A stretch of 64,000 bases of DNA from Dictyostelium discoideum (GCA_000004695.1 CM000153.2:1184001-1248000); one strand, 5' to 3'; counted from the first letter of the stretch, positions 13,399-28,100 are shown. Numbers and translations are program-made. The notes: generated by a model not told the origin, from the sequence alone.

Positions 13399-14139
13399 GG
13401 AAATAGTATAAATGAAAATAATGAAAATAATAATAATAATGAAGAATACACTTTAACATCACCATCGGCAATTAGTAATATTAATTTAGAAACATTATCA
13501 TCAAATCGACTATCACCAGCTATTTCTTTAAAATCATCTAGATCTTCAAATTATATGTTTACATTACCATTAAGTCCAACAAGTAATACAATTGAGCATG
13601 TTAAAGATAACCAAGGAAATGAAATTACAAAGATTAATCAAGTATCATATATTGAACCTCACATAATGTTTAAAGCATTCCAAGAATTTAATGAAAGAAA
13701 GATTAATTGGTTATTAGTTGGATATGAAGGTAAAAATATGAAATTGGTTGGTAAAGGTGTTAATGGTTTACCAGAATTAAAACAACAATTAAATGAATCA
13801 AAAGCTTATTTCGGTGTTGTTGGTATAACTTTCTCTGATTCAAGAAATTTTGGAAATAATACAAATACACTAACCTATAAAGGACTTTTTATAGAATGGT
13901 TAGGTAATAATTCATGTACAAGAGAAAGGGCAATGATTGGCAGTCATTCACCTGCTGTCACTTTATTATTTAAACAAAAATCAGCAATTCATTGTGATTT
14001 AAGATGTGATGATATTGATGATTTATCAGAAGATTATGTACTTCAAAAAGTTACAAGTTTTAGACAAGAAATTCAATTCAAAAAAGTTGTCAACTCATTA
14101 ACAACAAGTTCAAATAATTTAATTGAAACTGTTATTTAA
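11917..14139 (+). CDS. ADF-H (actin-depolymerising factor homology, coactosin-like) domain protein with an Asn-rich N-terminal extension, about 619 aa. Exons: 11917..11969, 12078..12363, ~12507..~12914 (boundaries uncertain), 13027..14139.
   Basis: ATG at 11917 (MNSLSQGKFISLIKKNKW) is spliced by GTAATT/TATTAG to exon 2 in consistent phase (the track 'M' at 12163 is TTG). Exon 2 donor GTAAGT at 12364. Region 12507-12914 is an open frame with no M (internal exon), joined via a putative GTTTGT donor to the AATAG acceptor at 13026. C-terminal domain INWLLVGYEGKNMKLVGKG...YFGVVGITF...KGLFIEWLGNNS...RAMIGSH...LFKQKSAIHCDLRCDDIDDLSEDYVLQKV matches the coactosin ADF-H fold (IWVTFKYDG...FAFVRF...FALITWIGENVS...RAKTGT...). 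Confidence 0.55.
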
Positions 14140-14185
14140 AATTTTTAAAATTTGAAATAAACATTTATTATTTATATATTTTGTT

Positions 14186-14218
<33 letters not shown>

Positions 14219-14221
14219 ATT

Positions 14222-16727
14222 TTATTGAATGATAGAATCAGAATTTGAATCACTACTTTCAGATTCAGAATCTGAATTTTCAATAACTTCATCTTTTTCA
14301 ACTACAACAATGTTTTCTTCTTCTAAAATTGGAGATAGTGTTATCATCATATTATGATATTGTCTTGGTGACATTGGTTCTTCAACTCGTGGTGTAGCTA
14401 ATGAATTAATTGAACGTGGTGTTAAAATTCCATCAGTACGTGGAGTATTTAAATCATTTGTACGTGGAGTACTTAAATCATTTGTACGTGGAGTTATTAA
14501 ATCATTTGTACGAGGAGTTGTTAAATCATTTGTACGAGGAGTTGTTAAATCATTTGTACGAGGAGTTGCAGTTAAAGTACGAGGAGTTGGATTTGGTTGT
14601 TCACTTGATTCTGTATAAGTTGGTTGTTCACTTGGTTCTGTATAAGTTGGATCATCATTATAAGTCATTTCATTTGCAGCTTCAGAATTTGGTTGAACTG
14701 ATTCAATAAAAGTAAAAACATCCATACATTCAATGGTATCACCTTTTGAGGAGGAGGATGATTGTTTACTTTCTTCATCATCATCAGTAAAGTCATAAAG
14801 GAAAAGGTTGACTCTTTTTGGAGCATTTTTAGAACTCTTTTTAGAAATTGAATCTAAATTTGTTGGGTCATTAGTTGTTGAAGATTTATTTTTTCTTTTA
14901 GAAGTTGATGATGAAGATTGTCTAAATATTTCATTTGAACCTTCAGCACCATAAATTTTTAAAGCCCAGAATTTTGGAATGAACATTATTGTAATTATAG
15001 CCGCAACGATGAATATAAAACCTGAGCAAAGTATTTCAGTATTGTGACCAGTTTTTGAAATGGTTAGAGGTGCAATTATTAAAAGACAAAATACAATAGA
15101 ATATAAACTGTAGGCAACTGATTTGGATTCATTAAATTCTTCAATATCGACTATTCTAATTTTCCAAGATACAAAAATACCAATCATTACAATTATTGCA
15201 AAATAACCTAATAAAAAGTATAACGCAATTAAACCACCATCCATCATTTCACATTGTATTTCATATGATGAAAACTTTTCATCATTAGGGAAAACTTTAA
15301 ATGGTGTTAATTTTCCAAGACCTGTAATCAATGATAATAGGAAAACATTTAATAAAAACATTCCAAGTACCCATGGAAGTAATTGAAGATTGGTGATTTT
15401 AATATGATAAAGTTTTGGATTATCAAAAATTAACCAAATTCTAAAATTCTTTACCACAATACCACCAATCATCGTTGTAAGACCTAATGAAATTAACCAA
15501 AATTTTGCATTACATGTGAATACATTTACACCACTAACCCAAATAATTACTCCAATATATACAAATATCCCTCCAATCACTATAAATATTAAAAAAGTTG
15601 GACTTGCTGATTTAAATGATGGTTTATTTTTATATTTAATAATACAAATTTGTATTATAATTAATGCACCAATTAAAATACTTGAAACTATTGTTATACC
15701 ATATTCAATTGTTTTTGAAATTGGTTTCTTTTTATTTTTTAAAAAATTTATTATTAATAAATTATTATTATTGTTTATTATTATAATTAAAATTATTATT
15801 ATTGTTTTTTACTTACAAATAATATATAACCACTTATAATACCTAAATCAATTATACTTTCATTATTTAATTGATTTGTTAAAATTATATTTGTATCATT
15901 TAAAATTTGATTTTCTATCATTGATAAATTTGAATTAATATTATTAATTATTAAATTTGAAATTGATGGGTTAAAAATTAAATTAATATTAAATTGTGAA
16001 TTGGTTGATTCGTTATTATTTGTATTATTATTATTATTTGTATTTGTATTATTAATTAAATTCGAAATTATTGGTAAAATATATAAAGTTAAATTATAAA
16101 CTGAATTAAATAAAACATGATCTTTATTTAATGGTGGTGAAATTAAGAAACCATTGGAACCAATAATTTTTATATTTTGTTTTAAAAGTATATTACAAAA
16201 TGTTAAATATTCATTATTTTCAAATGATGATGAAATTAAATCAACACCATTCTTTAATAATGATGATACTGATAATTCAATAATTTCTTGAAATGGGAAA
16301 TTATTATTTGAAGCATTTTTAAAATCATAATCAATGGTGTAAAACATTAATTTAACCATTGGATTCGATAATCTTGCTCCAAAATAAAATGTATCCAATA
16401 GTGTTTGATCTTGGATTTTATTGGTTTTTAAATATCCTATTATATTCGTTTCACTAATTAATCCAGAAATATATCCACTTAAAAGTGTTGAAATTTTGAA
16501 TGGGTAGTTTATTTCATAAAATTTATTATTATTATTATTATTATTGTTTGTATTACTGATTATATTATCATTTATTATTATTGTTGTTAAATTGTTAAAT
16601 GTTTTCGATATATTATTCGCATTTTCAGAAAATATTGATTTATAAAATATTATTAAATCGATTTTCTCTTCAATAATTATATTATATAGTATATCATTTT
16701 TATTATTTATATTATTACTATTATTAC

Positions 16728-16817
<90 letters not shown>

Positions 16818-17079
16818 TACTATTACTATTATTTAAATTATAAAATTTAATATTATTATTTGGTATTCCAAGATCTAAAGTAATTTTAATTAAATCTTGC
16901 TCAAACATATAGTTTAAACCAAATTTATTTAAATTGTCTAAATACCCATCTACAATTCCTAAAATTTTAAAATCTATAGGATTTAATGAATTTATTATAT
17001 TTATAATATTTAATAAAATAAAAATTAAAAAAAATTTATTTATTTTATTTTTACTATTTATTTTATGGGTGTATAATTT

Positions 17080-17082
<3 letters not shown>
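14222..17082 (-). CDS. Family-C (metabotropic glutamate/GABA-B-like) GPCR of the Dictyostelium Grl family: signal peptide, BMP/periplasmic-binding-like ectodomain, 7TM, long cytoplasmic tail. About 923 aa. Two exons: 17082..15817, 15727..14222.
   Basis: ATG at 17082 with N-terminal signal MKLYTHKINSKNKINKFFLIFILLNIINIINS. Exon 1 ends ILF|GTAAGT (revcomp ACTTAC at 15811-15816). An 89-nt intron ends at the AAG acceptor (15728-15729), phase 0. Exon 2 holds seven hydrophobic helices (IVSSILIGALIIIQICII ... FIFIVAAIITIMFIP), then a tail with Ser-rich and TPRTNDL repeats and an acidic end. The ectodomain carries poly-Asn tracts. Confidence 0.75.
14437..14590. repeat. Coding 24-bp tandem repeat, about 6.5 units, giving (TPRTNDLx)n in the GPCR C-terminal tail.
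   Basis: tacgtggagtatttaaatcatttg / tacgtggagtacttaaatcatttg / tacgtggagttattaaatcatttg / tacgaggagttgttaaatcatttg x2 ... on the plus strand. Translated from the minus strand: TPRTNDLT TPRTNDLT TPRTNDLI TPRTNDLS TPRTNDLN TPRTDGIL TPRSINSLATPR. Confidence 0.85.
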
Positions 17083-17115
<33 letters not shown>

Positions 17116-17119
17116 CTGA

Positions 17120-17260
<141 letters not shown>

Positions 17261-17811
17261 TATTTTTATTTATTTTTTATTTTATTTTATTATTTTATTT
17301 TTTTATTTATTTCTTTATTTTTTTATTTACTTATTTATTTATTGTATTATTAAATTACTTTGCAACAGTGCAAAATTTTGGGAAAAAAATAAATAAAAAA
17401 CTAAGGGGGTAGGCTTGTGTGTTTTGGAGAATAAATCATGTATTCAGTTTTTAAGTGAAATACAACAATTATTTGTAAAATAAAAAATAATAAAAAAAAA
17501 AAATAAAAAAAATGTGGTAGTGGTAAAAATAGATTATGGTTTTTTTTTTATTTTTTATTAATTTTGTTTTATTTTTTTTTTTTTTTTTATTTATTTAAAT
17601 TTATTGGGTGATTTATTGTACAACTAACTATTAATCTTTGGTTGTCTATTAATTAGCGTAAAATAAAGGTTTCTGATTATATTATTAATTTTTTTTTTAT
17701 TTTTTATTTTTAATTAAACAATTGTTGATGATTTATTAAATTCTAAATTTTATATTATTTCATTATCTAAAATTATTTTTTTTTTTAAATTAAATCATCA
17801 CCAATTTTTCT

Positions 17812-17845
<34 letters not shown>

Positions 17846-18381
17846 CGGAAGGATTTTTTTTATTTTTTAAAAAAAATCTTGAGTTGATTAAAAAAAAAAA
17901 AATTTGTAGAGTGAGATAAAAATAAAAAAAAAAAATGAATATAAAAAAAAAATAAAACCAAAAAAAAAAAAAAAAAAAAATTATATTAAATACATTCACA
18001 TTTGAGAATTTAAATTTAGCGAGTGATTGTATGAAAGATTGTGACAAAGTATGTGTGAGTGTGTTGTTGATTGTTTTTTTTATTGAAAAGAAGTAAAATC
18101 TAAATTAATCACATGTGGGGGTATTTTTGACAACAAATTTTTCAAATTTGAGTGTGATAACTGAAAAAAAAAAAAAAAAAACACATATTCTTTGATTATA
18201 TTTTTTAATAATCATTGTACATCTTTTGGGTTGAGCGAGGCAAAAAAAAAAAAAAAAAAAAAAATTTAATTATCACATTTTAATTGTATTATAATAATAA
18301 AAATGATTAAACATCTTTAAGAAATAATTATGAGTTTTTTTGTAATTTCTAAAAAAAAAATGGTTGGATTAAATCAATTTG

Positions 18382-18415
<34 letters not shown>

Positions 18416-18485
18416 CATGAAAATTTGAAAAAATTTGAAACACTTCACCATCACCCAACAATTGTTTTTAATTAAAAAAAAAAGA

Positions 18486-19661
18486 ATGAAGTCTCTCAAC
18501 AATAAAGTGGGATTCTCAAGTTTAAATATATCAATAGTCTTATTGATTTTAATGATATCTTTGTTGGCCAGATATTTAGTTTCCTTAAATGGTTATTCTG
18601 GTCAATCAAAACCACCCATGTTTGGAGATTATGAAGCACAAAGACATTGGATGGAGATAACAACAAACTTAGATATTCACCAGTGGTACTTTAATTCTAC
18701 AGATAATGATCTCATGTATTGGGGCTTAGATTATCCACCTCTTACTGCATATCTTAGTTGGGTTTTTGGTAAAATGTAATAATAATATAGTATATATATA
18801 ATTATAAAAAATAAATAATATAAAAAAAAAAGAAAAGATTATTTATTAATATTAAAAAAAAAAAATGATAATTATTTTAGTGGAGAATTTATTGAACCAA
18901 AATCAATGGAATTATTTACATCAAGAGGTTATGAAACAGATTCAGGTAAATTATTTATGAGAATGACAGTAATAGTTTCAGATTTATTTATTTGGTTACC
19001 ATCAGTTTGGTTTTTTGTTAAAACATTTTATAAACAAAGAAATATTTCTCAACAAATTTCAGCATTTCTTTTCATTTCATTACAACCTGGTTTGTTATTG
19101 ATTGACCATGGTCATTTCCAATATAATGGTGTTAGTTTAGGTTTAGGATTATTCGCAATCACTTTTATAATTAGGGATCAACAACTTTTAGCAAGTTTCT
19201 TTTTTGTTCTTTCTTTAAATTATAAACAAATGTGTTTATATTATTCACCAGCTTTCTTTTTTTATTTATTATTATCAAATTTTGAATTTACTCTTAAATT
19301 TTCAAAAATGTAAGTACAACAAACAAAAAATGTTAATAAATATTTATTTAGGGATGATTATTAATTTAAAATCATAAATTTATTAGATTTTCATCAATTT
19401 TTAAAATTTTAAAGATTGGAATTGTTGTAATTTTTACATTTATTTTATGTTGGATTCCATTTTTATCAATTGAACAAGCATCTCAAGTTTTGTTTAGATT
19501 ATTCCCATTCGCAAGAGGATTATATGAAGATAAAGTGGCAAATTTTTGGTGTTTTATTTCAATAATAATAAATGTGAAAAATTTATTTACAACTGATCAA
19601 TTAATTAAAATTTGGTAATTATAAATATTTATTAAATATTATTATTGTATAATTAATTAAT

Positions 19662-19694
<33 letters not shown>

Positions 19695-20316
19695 CATTTT
19701 AAAAAGTTTAATTTTAACTTTAGTAACAATGTTACCATTAGTATATGGAATAAAAAGAATACCAAAGAACAAATTTGTATTTATACATTCATTAATTAAT
19801 AGTTCATTTTCATTCTTTTTATTTTCATTTCAAGTTCATGAAAAAACAATTCTATTAGTATCATTACCAATTTCATTATTAATATTACATCATCCAAATA
19901 TGGTTTGGTGGTTTATTTTAATTTCAACATTTAGTATGTTTCCATTACTTTTCAAAGATGGATTAGTAATTCCATATTTTGCAATAATGATATTATACAT
20001 TGTTATTGGTTATCAATTTAAAAATTCAATAACTAGATCAAATAATCAATTCAAACATCAAAACTCTCAAGAAAATCTTTTAGCATCATCAGATAAATCA
20101 TTCTATAGTATTTATTTAAATTATTGGTTTTATTTAAATATTATTGGAATGGTTGTTTGTCATCTTTTGTATCAATTTGCACCACATCCACCTCATTTAC
20201 CAAGTTTATGGTTACTTTTAGTGTGTAATTTTAGTTTTATTCATTTCATATTAACATTTTTTTATTTCATTAAAGAAATGACAACTTTTTCTCCGATTAA
20301 AATAAAAAGTAATTAA
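18486..20316 (+). CDS. alg6: Dolichyl-P-Glc:Man9GlcNAc2-PP-dolichol alpha-1,3-glucosyltransferase (ALG6), about 518 aa. Four exons: 18486..18775, 18881..19309, 19387..19614, 19707..20316.
   Basis: True ATG at 18486 (MKSLNNKV; the track 'M' at 18435 is TTG). Donors GTAATA/GTAAGT/GTAATT. Strong identity to human ALG6: [104 protein letters not shown]. Confidence 0.85.
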
Positions 20317-20397
20317 ATAATGATATATATATATATATTTTTTTTTTTTTTTAATTATTTTTTTATTTATTTATTTATTTTTTTTTATTTTTTTTAA

Positions 20398-23300
20398 TTA
20401 TTTTTTATTTGATTTAACAGATTTATATAATTTTAATAAATATTCATTTGAATCTTTGTTATTTAATAAAACATTTTTTAAGAGACCTTCATCATCAAAG
20501 AATTCCATTTCATCTTGGAATTCTTTTAATTCATTTTCGAAACAATTTAATAATTCTTTAACATCTACCTGAATCTTTGTACAATTTGTTGATAAATGAT
20601 TTTTAGTTTCTTGAATCCAATTTTCTTCGGTACATGAGGATGGTTTAATGATTGAATGGAATTTTGATAACAAAGAGAAGAATATTAACCAAGGACGAGT
20701 GATATCGAAAAGTTTATCTTTTGATGGTTCATCTGGAGAACTTAAACCATTCTTTGTATTAGTGGTGAGATAATCAACAAAAGCATAAGCCAATAGTTTT
20801 GTGAGGTAATTGAATTTTTGATTTTCAAATTCTTTTGGTGAATGTAAAAAGATTGAAACCACTAAAAAGTATGGTACATTATCGGATAGCATTTGATACA
20901 TTGAAGTGATTGCAGTTTCCAATGGTAAAGTTGTGAATTGTGCTAAAGTCTTTTCAAATTGTGGACGTCTTAATTGATTGGCAGAGTTACCTCCAACCAA
21001 CTTTTGATCCAATAAAAACATACCAAGTTGGACAAACATTGGTGCAATTCTAATATTACTTTCTTTGCCACCACCTTTAGAATCGGTACTGAAAGATTCA
21101 TCCTTTGCCAAACGAATCAATAAGAATTTGAGATCATGAGAGAGTATACGGAATTTTGGTCCTTCGACACGAGAGATATTGTTGAGATTAACCCAGAATT
21201 TATCAGAGTAGGGAGTGAATGCATCACTATTCATCTTTGGTGGAAGTACAGGGAAAAGACCATTACATTTGGTTTGTTGATTTCTGAGTGCAGCACCTTC
21301 CCATTCTTCTTTTGGTACCTTCATACTTCTATCTGCTTTGGTTGCATCACGATGACAATTGAAATGAATGAAATTGAAATGAGTTACTGTAGTGAAACCA
21401 TAATATAAAGCACCACCACCACCACCTCCACTACTACTTGGGGAGAGAGAAAGTGAAGCAGCGACATTGGTTGTTGATGATGGTGGACAAGTTGTTTCAC
21501 CCACTGATGTTAATGGAATTCTCTTTGAGAAGGTATAGATACCTAATACATCGGTTGGTTTAAATGAATAACCTTCTCTACAAACCATACAAGTGAAACC
21601 TTCATCATCATCCAAATCTTCAATTGAACCTGGAACAACGTTTGCCATAATATGTTTACCTTGTTGAGCTAAACCCAATTGTTTCAACACATCTTCTCTA
21701 TGTTTTTGAGCATGACTTAATTTTTCCATCTTCGATTCCTTACGAGTATCACTTACAATCTTTGAGGTTTTTTCATTGCCTTCAGCGATTGACTCTAATA
21801 AATTCTCAGCTAAACTTCCAATCTTTGCACTAGTACCAGCTGTTTCTTCAAGTATATGAATTCTTTTGATAAGGTTAGATTCTAGAGTCATATTTTGAGT
21901 TGGTTCATGACCCATTGCTAAACCTTTTAATAATACTAAAACGAATGGTAAAGCTGGTTTCTCCAAAGAGGAAAGCCATTCTTGGCTAGTCTTATCACCA
22001 TTTTCAGGGAAGTAATTTAATAAGTAATCAACCAATGATTTAGTGATACCACGCTTAATAATGATTGAACGAATACTTCTACCATTTGAATCTGGACGAG
22101 TATTTTCCATAAGTTTGGTAAAGAAATCAAGATGATAAACATGATTGGTATCTTTTGATTTTGAATCATCAAACTCTTGGAAATTTAAATATGGTGTGAA
22201 AAAGTCAACGAGATAATCCATAATTTCAGTGTGACCATAGGTAAGGAATGGAATAATTCTTGTGATTGCTTGAATGATCTTTGGATTTGACATTACTTGA
22301 GCACCGTTTAATTTATCTAAAAACATATTCATTTGTTCTTGAGCTTCATTGATATCTTTATGATGTGAGAGTGAGGTAGAAGAATTTGAACCACGAAGAT
22401 AATCACGATTTGCTTCGCTAACTACCGATTCAATGATGACCAATAAATGTTCGGAAAGTTCTGGTTGATGGAAAGCTTGTTTTAATTTCTCCAATAATCT
22501 ACCAACAGTATTGAGTGTAAGTAATTTTTGACGATTAATTTTAATCTTACAACAATGGTAGAGTAATTTAATTACTAATTGTGCCAATTCCTTCTCGATT
22601 GAGAAATCATTGATACGTTCAATCATTGAGATCATTGATTCCAAACCACCGCATTCAGCCATAACACTTGTGATTTCATATTCAACTTCTGGATCCTTTT
22701 CTTCAGAGTTATTATCATTAAGAGTTTCAATGATTTCTTCAGTTGCTTCACCATCTAAACCTTGAAGACGATAAACTACATTCATTGGAATATTGATATC
22801 TGCTGTTCTTAATGCTTGTGGACTCTTTTTCCATACTAATTCGTAAACTTTTTTAATTGGTAAATCCAATTTAATGATCTTATTATCGACTAATAACTCC
22901 ATACCATTATCATCATCTAAGAAACTACCTAAATCTAAAGCTTTACAAATCTTATTCTTTACATCTCTCATGAGTGGACCACCAAAGGTATTGGAAGTAT
23001 ATGGGTTACGATTCATTGAACCTCTAATGTATTCCTCTTGAGATGCAGCTTTAAAGAGTATCAATTGATAGATTGGATCTGGTTTGGTTGGACAAACAAT
23101 ATTACAAAGTTGTTCGAAAATAAATATTGGAGTTCTACCATCCGATTGATATTTAGCCAATGCTTTAATATTAGCAGCCATAAACTTCTTATTGTCTTGA
23201 ACAGATTCATTGTTTAGTGATTTCATCAACTCTTGGAGATAACGTACAGAATCCTCGGTTAACTTATTCTTTTGAACGATAACACCACGAAGTGATAAGA

Positions 23301-25073
23301 AAGCATCCAATACCTTTTCTAACATATTATCTTTCTTCATCTTTGCTTTAAGAGTTGGTACATCGAGGAATGATTTAAGTATAGCAACTAAAGTTTTCAA
23401 AACAAAACCTTGTGAAACATCAGTACTAAATGAACCTTCCTTTGATTTGATATGTTCAATCTCCTTGATGATAGCATCACAAATGAATGGAATGAAACCT
23501 TTTACAGCTAAATAAATCTTACGATCTTGAGAGGTTGAGATAAAACTATTGAAAAGTCCGAAAAACTCTGCAGAATATTCACCTGCCTCTGTTGCATTTG
23601 GAAGAATCTTTGTAAGGAGATCCAAGAATTTAAGTGATCTACTATTGCTATTCTTACTTAAAATACCCATCAAAGTGATTATTTCAAGACGAATTGATGA
23701 TGTTGAATTGAATAACAATTTCTCTAACCATTTCTCTTCAAACAATACCTCGAAACTTGATTGAGTTGCATAACCAATACCTGAAGATTGTTGTTGTTGT
23801 TGTTGTTTTCTCTTTTTAACTTGAGCATACCATCTCTTGAAATATTTACTCTTTAATTCATCTTGGCTAAGTGGTTTCAAAGATTTTGATATTTCACCGA
23901 TTGAAGAGTTTACATTGAAATTAGATAAATAGTTTTCATATTTTGATGACCAAGCATTTGCAATTGGATTATCATCACCATCCCATGATTCGTTAGCACC
24001 TGCATTTGAAGTATCATTATCAAAGATTGATAATATGTTTGGATCTTGAGATGAAGATATTGAACCACTACCACTAACACTACTACCACTACTACTTCCA
24101 CTACCACCACCACCATTTTCGCTACCAGTAGCACCAACACCAGATGGAGATGATGAGGAAGAAGATGGTGATAAAATCTTTAAACCTGAAACAGATTCAT
24201 TCAATTGTTGTTGCTGTTGTTGAATTTGTTGTTGAATTTGTTGTTGTTGTAAAGCGATTTGTTGTTGAATTTGTAATTGCATTTGTTGTGGTGAAAGTAA
24301 TGATGATGCAACAGAAAGTGCAATATTATTCACAGTATTTGGTGAAAGTAATGATGATAATGCTTCAATCTTCTTTTCAATGGTTGAGGTTAATGAAGCA
24401 TTAGCTGCTGTTGCTGTTGCTGTTGCTGTTGCAGCCAAAGCAATGGCTTGTTTCTTTGATGATTTTAATTTTTCAAATCTTGTTGCTAATAATTTTTGAG
24501 AGATTTCAAGATCTTTTGCATCCTTTGTAATGAAAGCACCTTTACGATCAAGAGTACATAAATAAATTATGATTTTGAGACATGGTAAAATAATATACTC
24601 TGAAACCACTGGACTTTGAGAGCCACTTGATAAAGCTTTAAAGAATAACTCCATTATGAATGATAATCTTTGTGGCCAAATATTATCAGAGAGTGAGGAA
24701 CATTCTTTCAACAATGAGATTTCACTTGAGACCATGTTTGGAACATCCAATGATGAATAATAACAAAGTGTGTAGTAAATCTTGTCTTTAATCCATTGAT
24801 TAACCATTGAAGTACAATCAATATTTGATTTGGTAAGATAGGATAATGATGATTTAGCCCAACCCTTTGCAATACTCTTTCCATGATGAATATTATTAAA
24901 GAATATTTCTTTTGGTAAACCTTTTTCAATCAAAAGATTCTTAATTGGTGTTAACTCTGAATTTCTACAGAAGGAATTTAATAAACATAAAACCTGTTCA
25001 ATGTATGAATTTGAACAACCATAACATTTATTTTCTTCACGTAAATGAATTGAAACAGGACATTGTCTGGATG

Positions 25074-25109
<36 letters not shown>

Positions 25110-28100
25110 CATTGGAAGAGGGTTGACCACCACCAGAAATGAAATTCATATATTTTGAAATTTCCATTCTATTGGTTTGTAAAATTTGAACACTCTTACT
25201 TAAACCTTCATAAATATTTCTACATTCTCTTTCATATAATCTACTAAGGTAGCCAATCTTTTTATTAATTCTAAGTGTAAGGAATGATGAATTATTGGAT
25301 GTACCACTTTGATTGATAACACCACCACCACCACTACCAACACCGCCACCACCATTTCCACTTGAAGATTGATTGGAAATACCAAAGCTTGAAGAAGATG
25401 AAGATGAAGAATTTGTTGAAATATTACCACTACTACTATTGATAGATTGATTATTGCTACCAGTTGAATTGGTTGAAGTATTAGCGATACTAATTGTACC
25501 ACCTGAACTTTTAATTAAATCATCCTTTGACCATGGTTCTTGAGTTTCAAAAGAATTGATTAGACCAGAGATAACTTTTTTAAAACCAATTAATCTTTGG
25601 TACTTTTTATGAGCATTTTCAGATTCTTTCTCTATGGTTTGAATAGCTCTCTTGTGATCCTCTTGATTTTCAATCTTTTCAATTGCAATGGTTGGTTTAC
25701 AAACAAAGGAGTAATCAAATTTGGCATGTTTACAGAAACCACATTCATTACAGAGGAAAGCGTCTAAATTTTCATAGTTGATATTACGACAATGTTTACA
25801 TTGATAGGCATTCTCATGACAATTCTTACAGATACCATGCTTATCAGTGACGATTCTACTACAACGTGGACATTGAAGTTTTTCAGAGGAAGCAGCTTGA
25901 AGGTTATCGTGGAAATCAAAATATTCAATCATAAAGTTTCTAGCAGAGATTGGGATTTGGAAAACAACAGCCTTTTCAGTTTGAGATGGAGTGAAATGAA
26001 CTTGTTTCAACTTTTTCCATTGATTAAATTTACCCTTGAGATCACCAATGTCTGCAACTGGTTTATTGTTGTAGAAAAGATTGATGGTTTTAATCATCTT
26101 TCCTTTCTTGACATCATGTAATTGAATCATAATCTTGGAGATATTATAAACACCATTGAATTTGATCAATTGTGAATACTCTGAGAATTTAACCTCTTGT
26201 TTCAATGATTCTAAACGTGATGTTTGATATTGTACCTCTGGATTATTACAAACTAAACATGGTTCACTCTCTAAATAATATCCATCAAATTCTAAAATCT
26301 TTCCCAAACTATTATAAATTTGTGAATTTGGATGATTTAATGAAATTTGATTTTGTTGTTTAAAGCTTTCAATTAATTTATTTGAAAATTCTATTTTTTA
26401 TAAAAAATAATAATAATAAAATTAATATTTCAAAAAAAAAAAAAAAAACAATTAAAAAAAACAATTAAAAAAAACAATTAAAAAAAACAATTAAAAAAAA
26501 AAAAAATATATTAATTTTCACAATATATTATTGTTTCAAAAAAAAAAAAAAAAACAATTAAAAAAAACAATTAAAAAAAAAACTAAATACAAACCATTAT
26601 GTTGATCCTTCCAAGATTGTGAATCAGTTTCATTTAAAAAGTAGGTTAGTAAATCCATAAATTCACTTGCATTTTTACCATATGACGCAACATTATTTAA
26701 TTTTGACCAAAGTGATTTATTAATGAAAATTCTTTGTTCATTATTTGATGACTAAAAAAAAAAAAAAATTTAAATTAGTAATTTGAAGAGGAATAAAAAA
26801 AAATAAAAAAAAAAAGGCAATAAAAAGGTAAAACTTACTCTCCATAAATAATAAATAAAACTACTAGCTATTGATCTTAAATCAGAAGAGTTTGATTCTA
26901 ATAATATATTAAATATTAAAACATTGAAATATTGTTCTTGAAGGAATATTGAAATATGTTTTGCTTTAGTGTCAACATCTTGCATTAAAATATCATTGCT
27001 GTTGTTGTTGTTGTTGTTGTTTGATGATTCTTGTTGTGTATCTTGAGATGTTGATGATAATGGTTGTTCTGCTATTTCATCAACAAATACATAGGTTAAT
27101 AATTCCAATAACAATGAAGATGGTTCTTCTGCAAGATTGAATAAGATTTTGTAGAGTTTTGGTAATACATCATTATGAGCACAAAAGAATTGCCAACTCT
27201 TTGGTCTATCACTTGCTACTTCTAACATTAAGGTAAGATAAGAAATTAATTTGGCCAAATGATCATAACCAATTTCATCAGAGAAACCTTTTGTTTTACC
27301 TTCTAAATCCAAGATACCAGCAAACTTCTTTTTCAATAAGAATTCATCGCGAATTGAATAATAGGATGACTTGGTTTGATAAATTAAAAACAATAGTTTC
27401 TTTGGATATTTTACAATTGAAACAGTTTTCTTTGAATGAATGAAAGAACAGATTAGGTTAGTCCATTCGGATGGTTTTATCAATGTAGGTGTAGTTTGAG
27501 TAATCGATTTCTTTCTTCTCTCACAACGATAGAATGTAATCATCAATTTGAAGATTGCTTTTGAGAGTAATAAATGAATTGAACCCATTGATTGTGGAAG
27601 GTATTTTCCAAAGAATGGAGTGAATCTATTCTTTGGTAGAGTTTGATTTTCATCAATTGATGGAACTAACAATGCACCAAAAGGTGAATCTCTTTCCTCA
27701 CCAACCGATAACCCATGTGATTCAGAGATACAGGTATACAATTGTTCAATCCATAATCTTAAAAGTTGAATTATATCTCTATCAATAAATAATTTTGATA
27801 AATGATAAATTAATGTCGATGGTAAACTATGTGGAGTTGTTACTACTGAAGGAGTTGTTACTGTAGCTGTTGCTGTTGTTGTTGTTGTTGCTGCTGCTGC
27901 TGCTGTAGTTGTTGTTTGTTTACTTTGAATCTTTTGTCTCTTTTGCTCGTCAGAATCTAATAATAAACTTAATAATGAGAAAATTAAAATATCACCTTCA
28001 AGATTATTTGATTTGGTTGATAAGAATTTGGAAAGATTTGATTTATGTTTGGAAATTAAATTAACAAGAGTTGTTACAAGTTGATTGGATAATTGATTAT

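Noticed and set aside
14410-14709. Plus-strand ORF (99 aa, YVEYLNHL repeats).
   Set aside because: It is the antisense reading of the 24-bp coding tandem repeat in the GPCR tail, created by repeat periodicity rather than a gene.
26445-26580. Spacer-repeat-like array (14-bp repeats), considered as CRISPR.
   Set aside because: This is a eukaryotic AT-rich genome. The repeat is a simple intronic minisatellite with an A-rich unit, no unique spacers and no cas genes.
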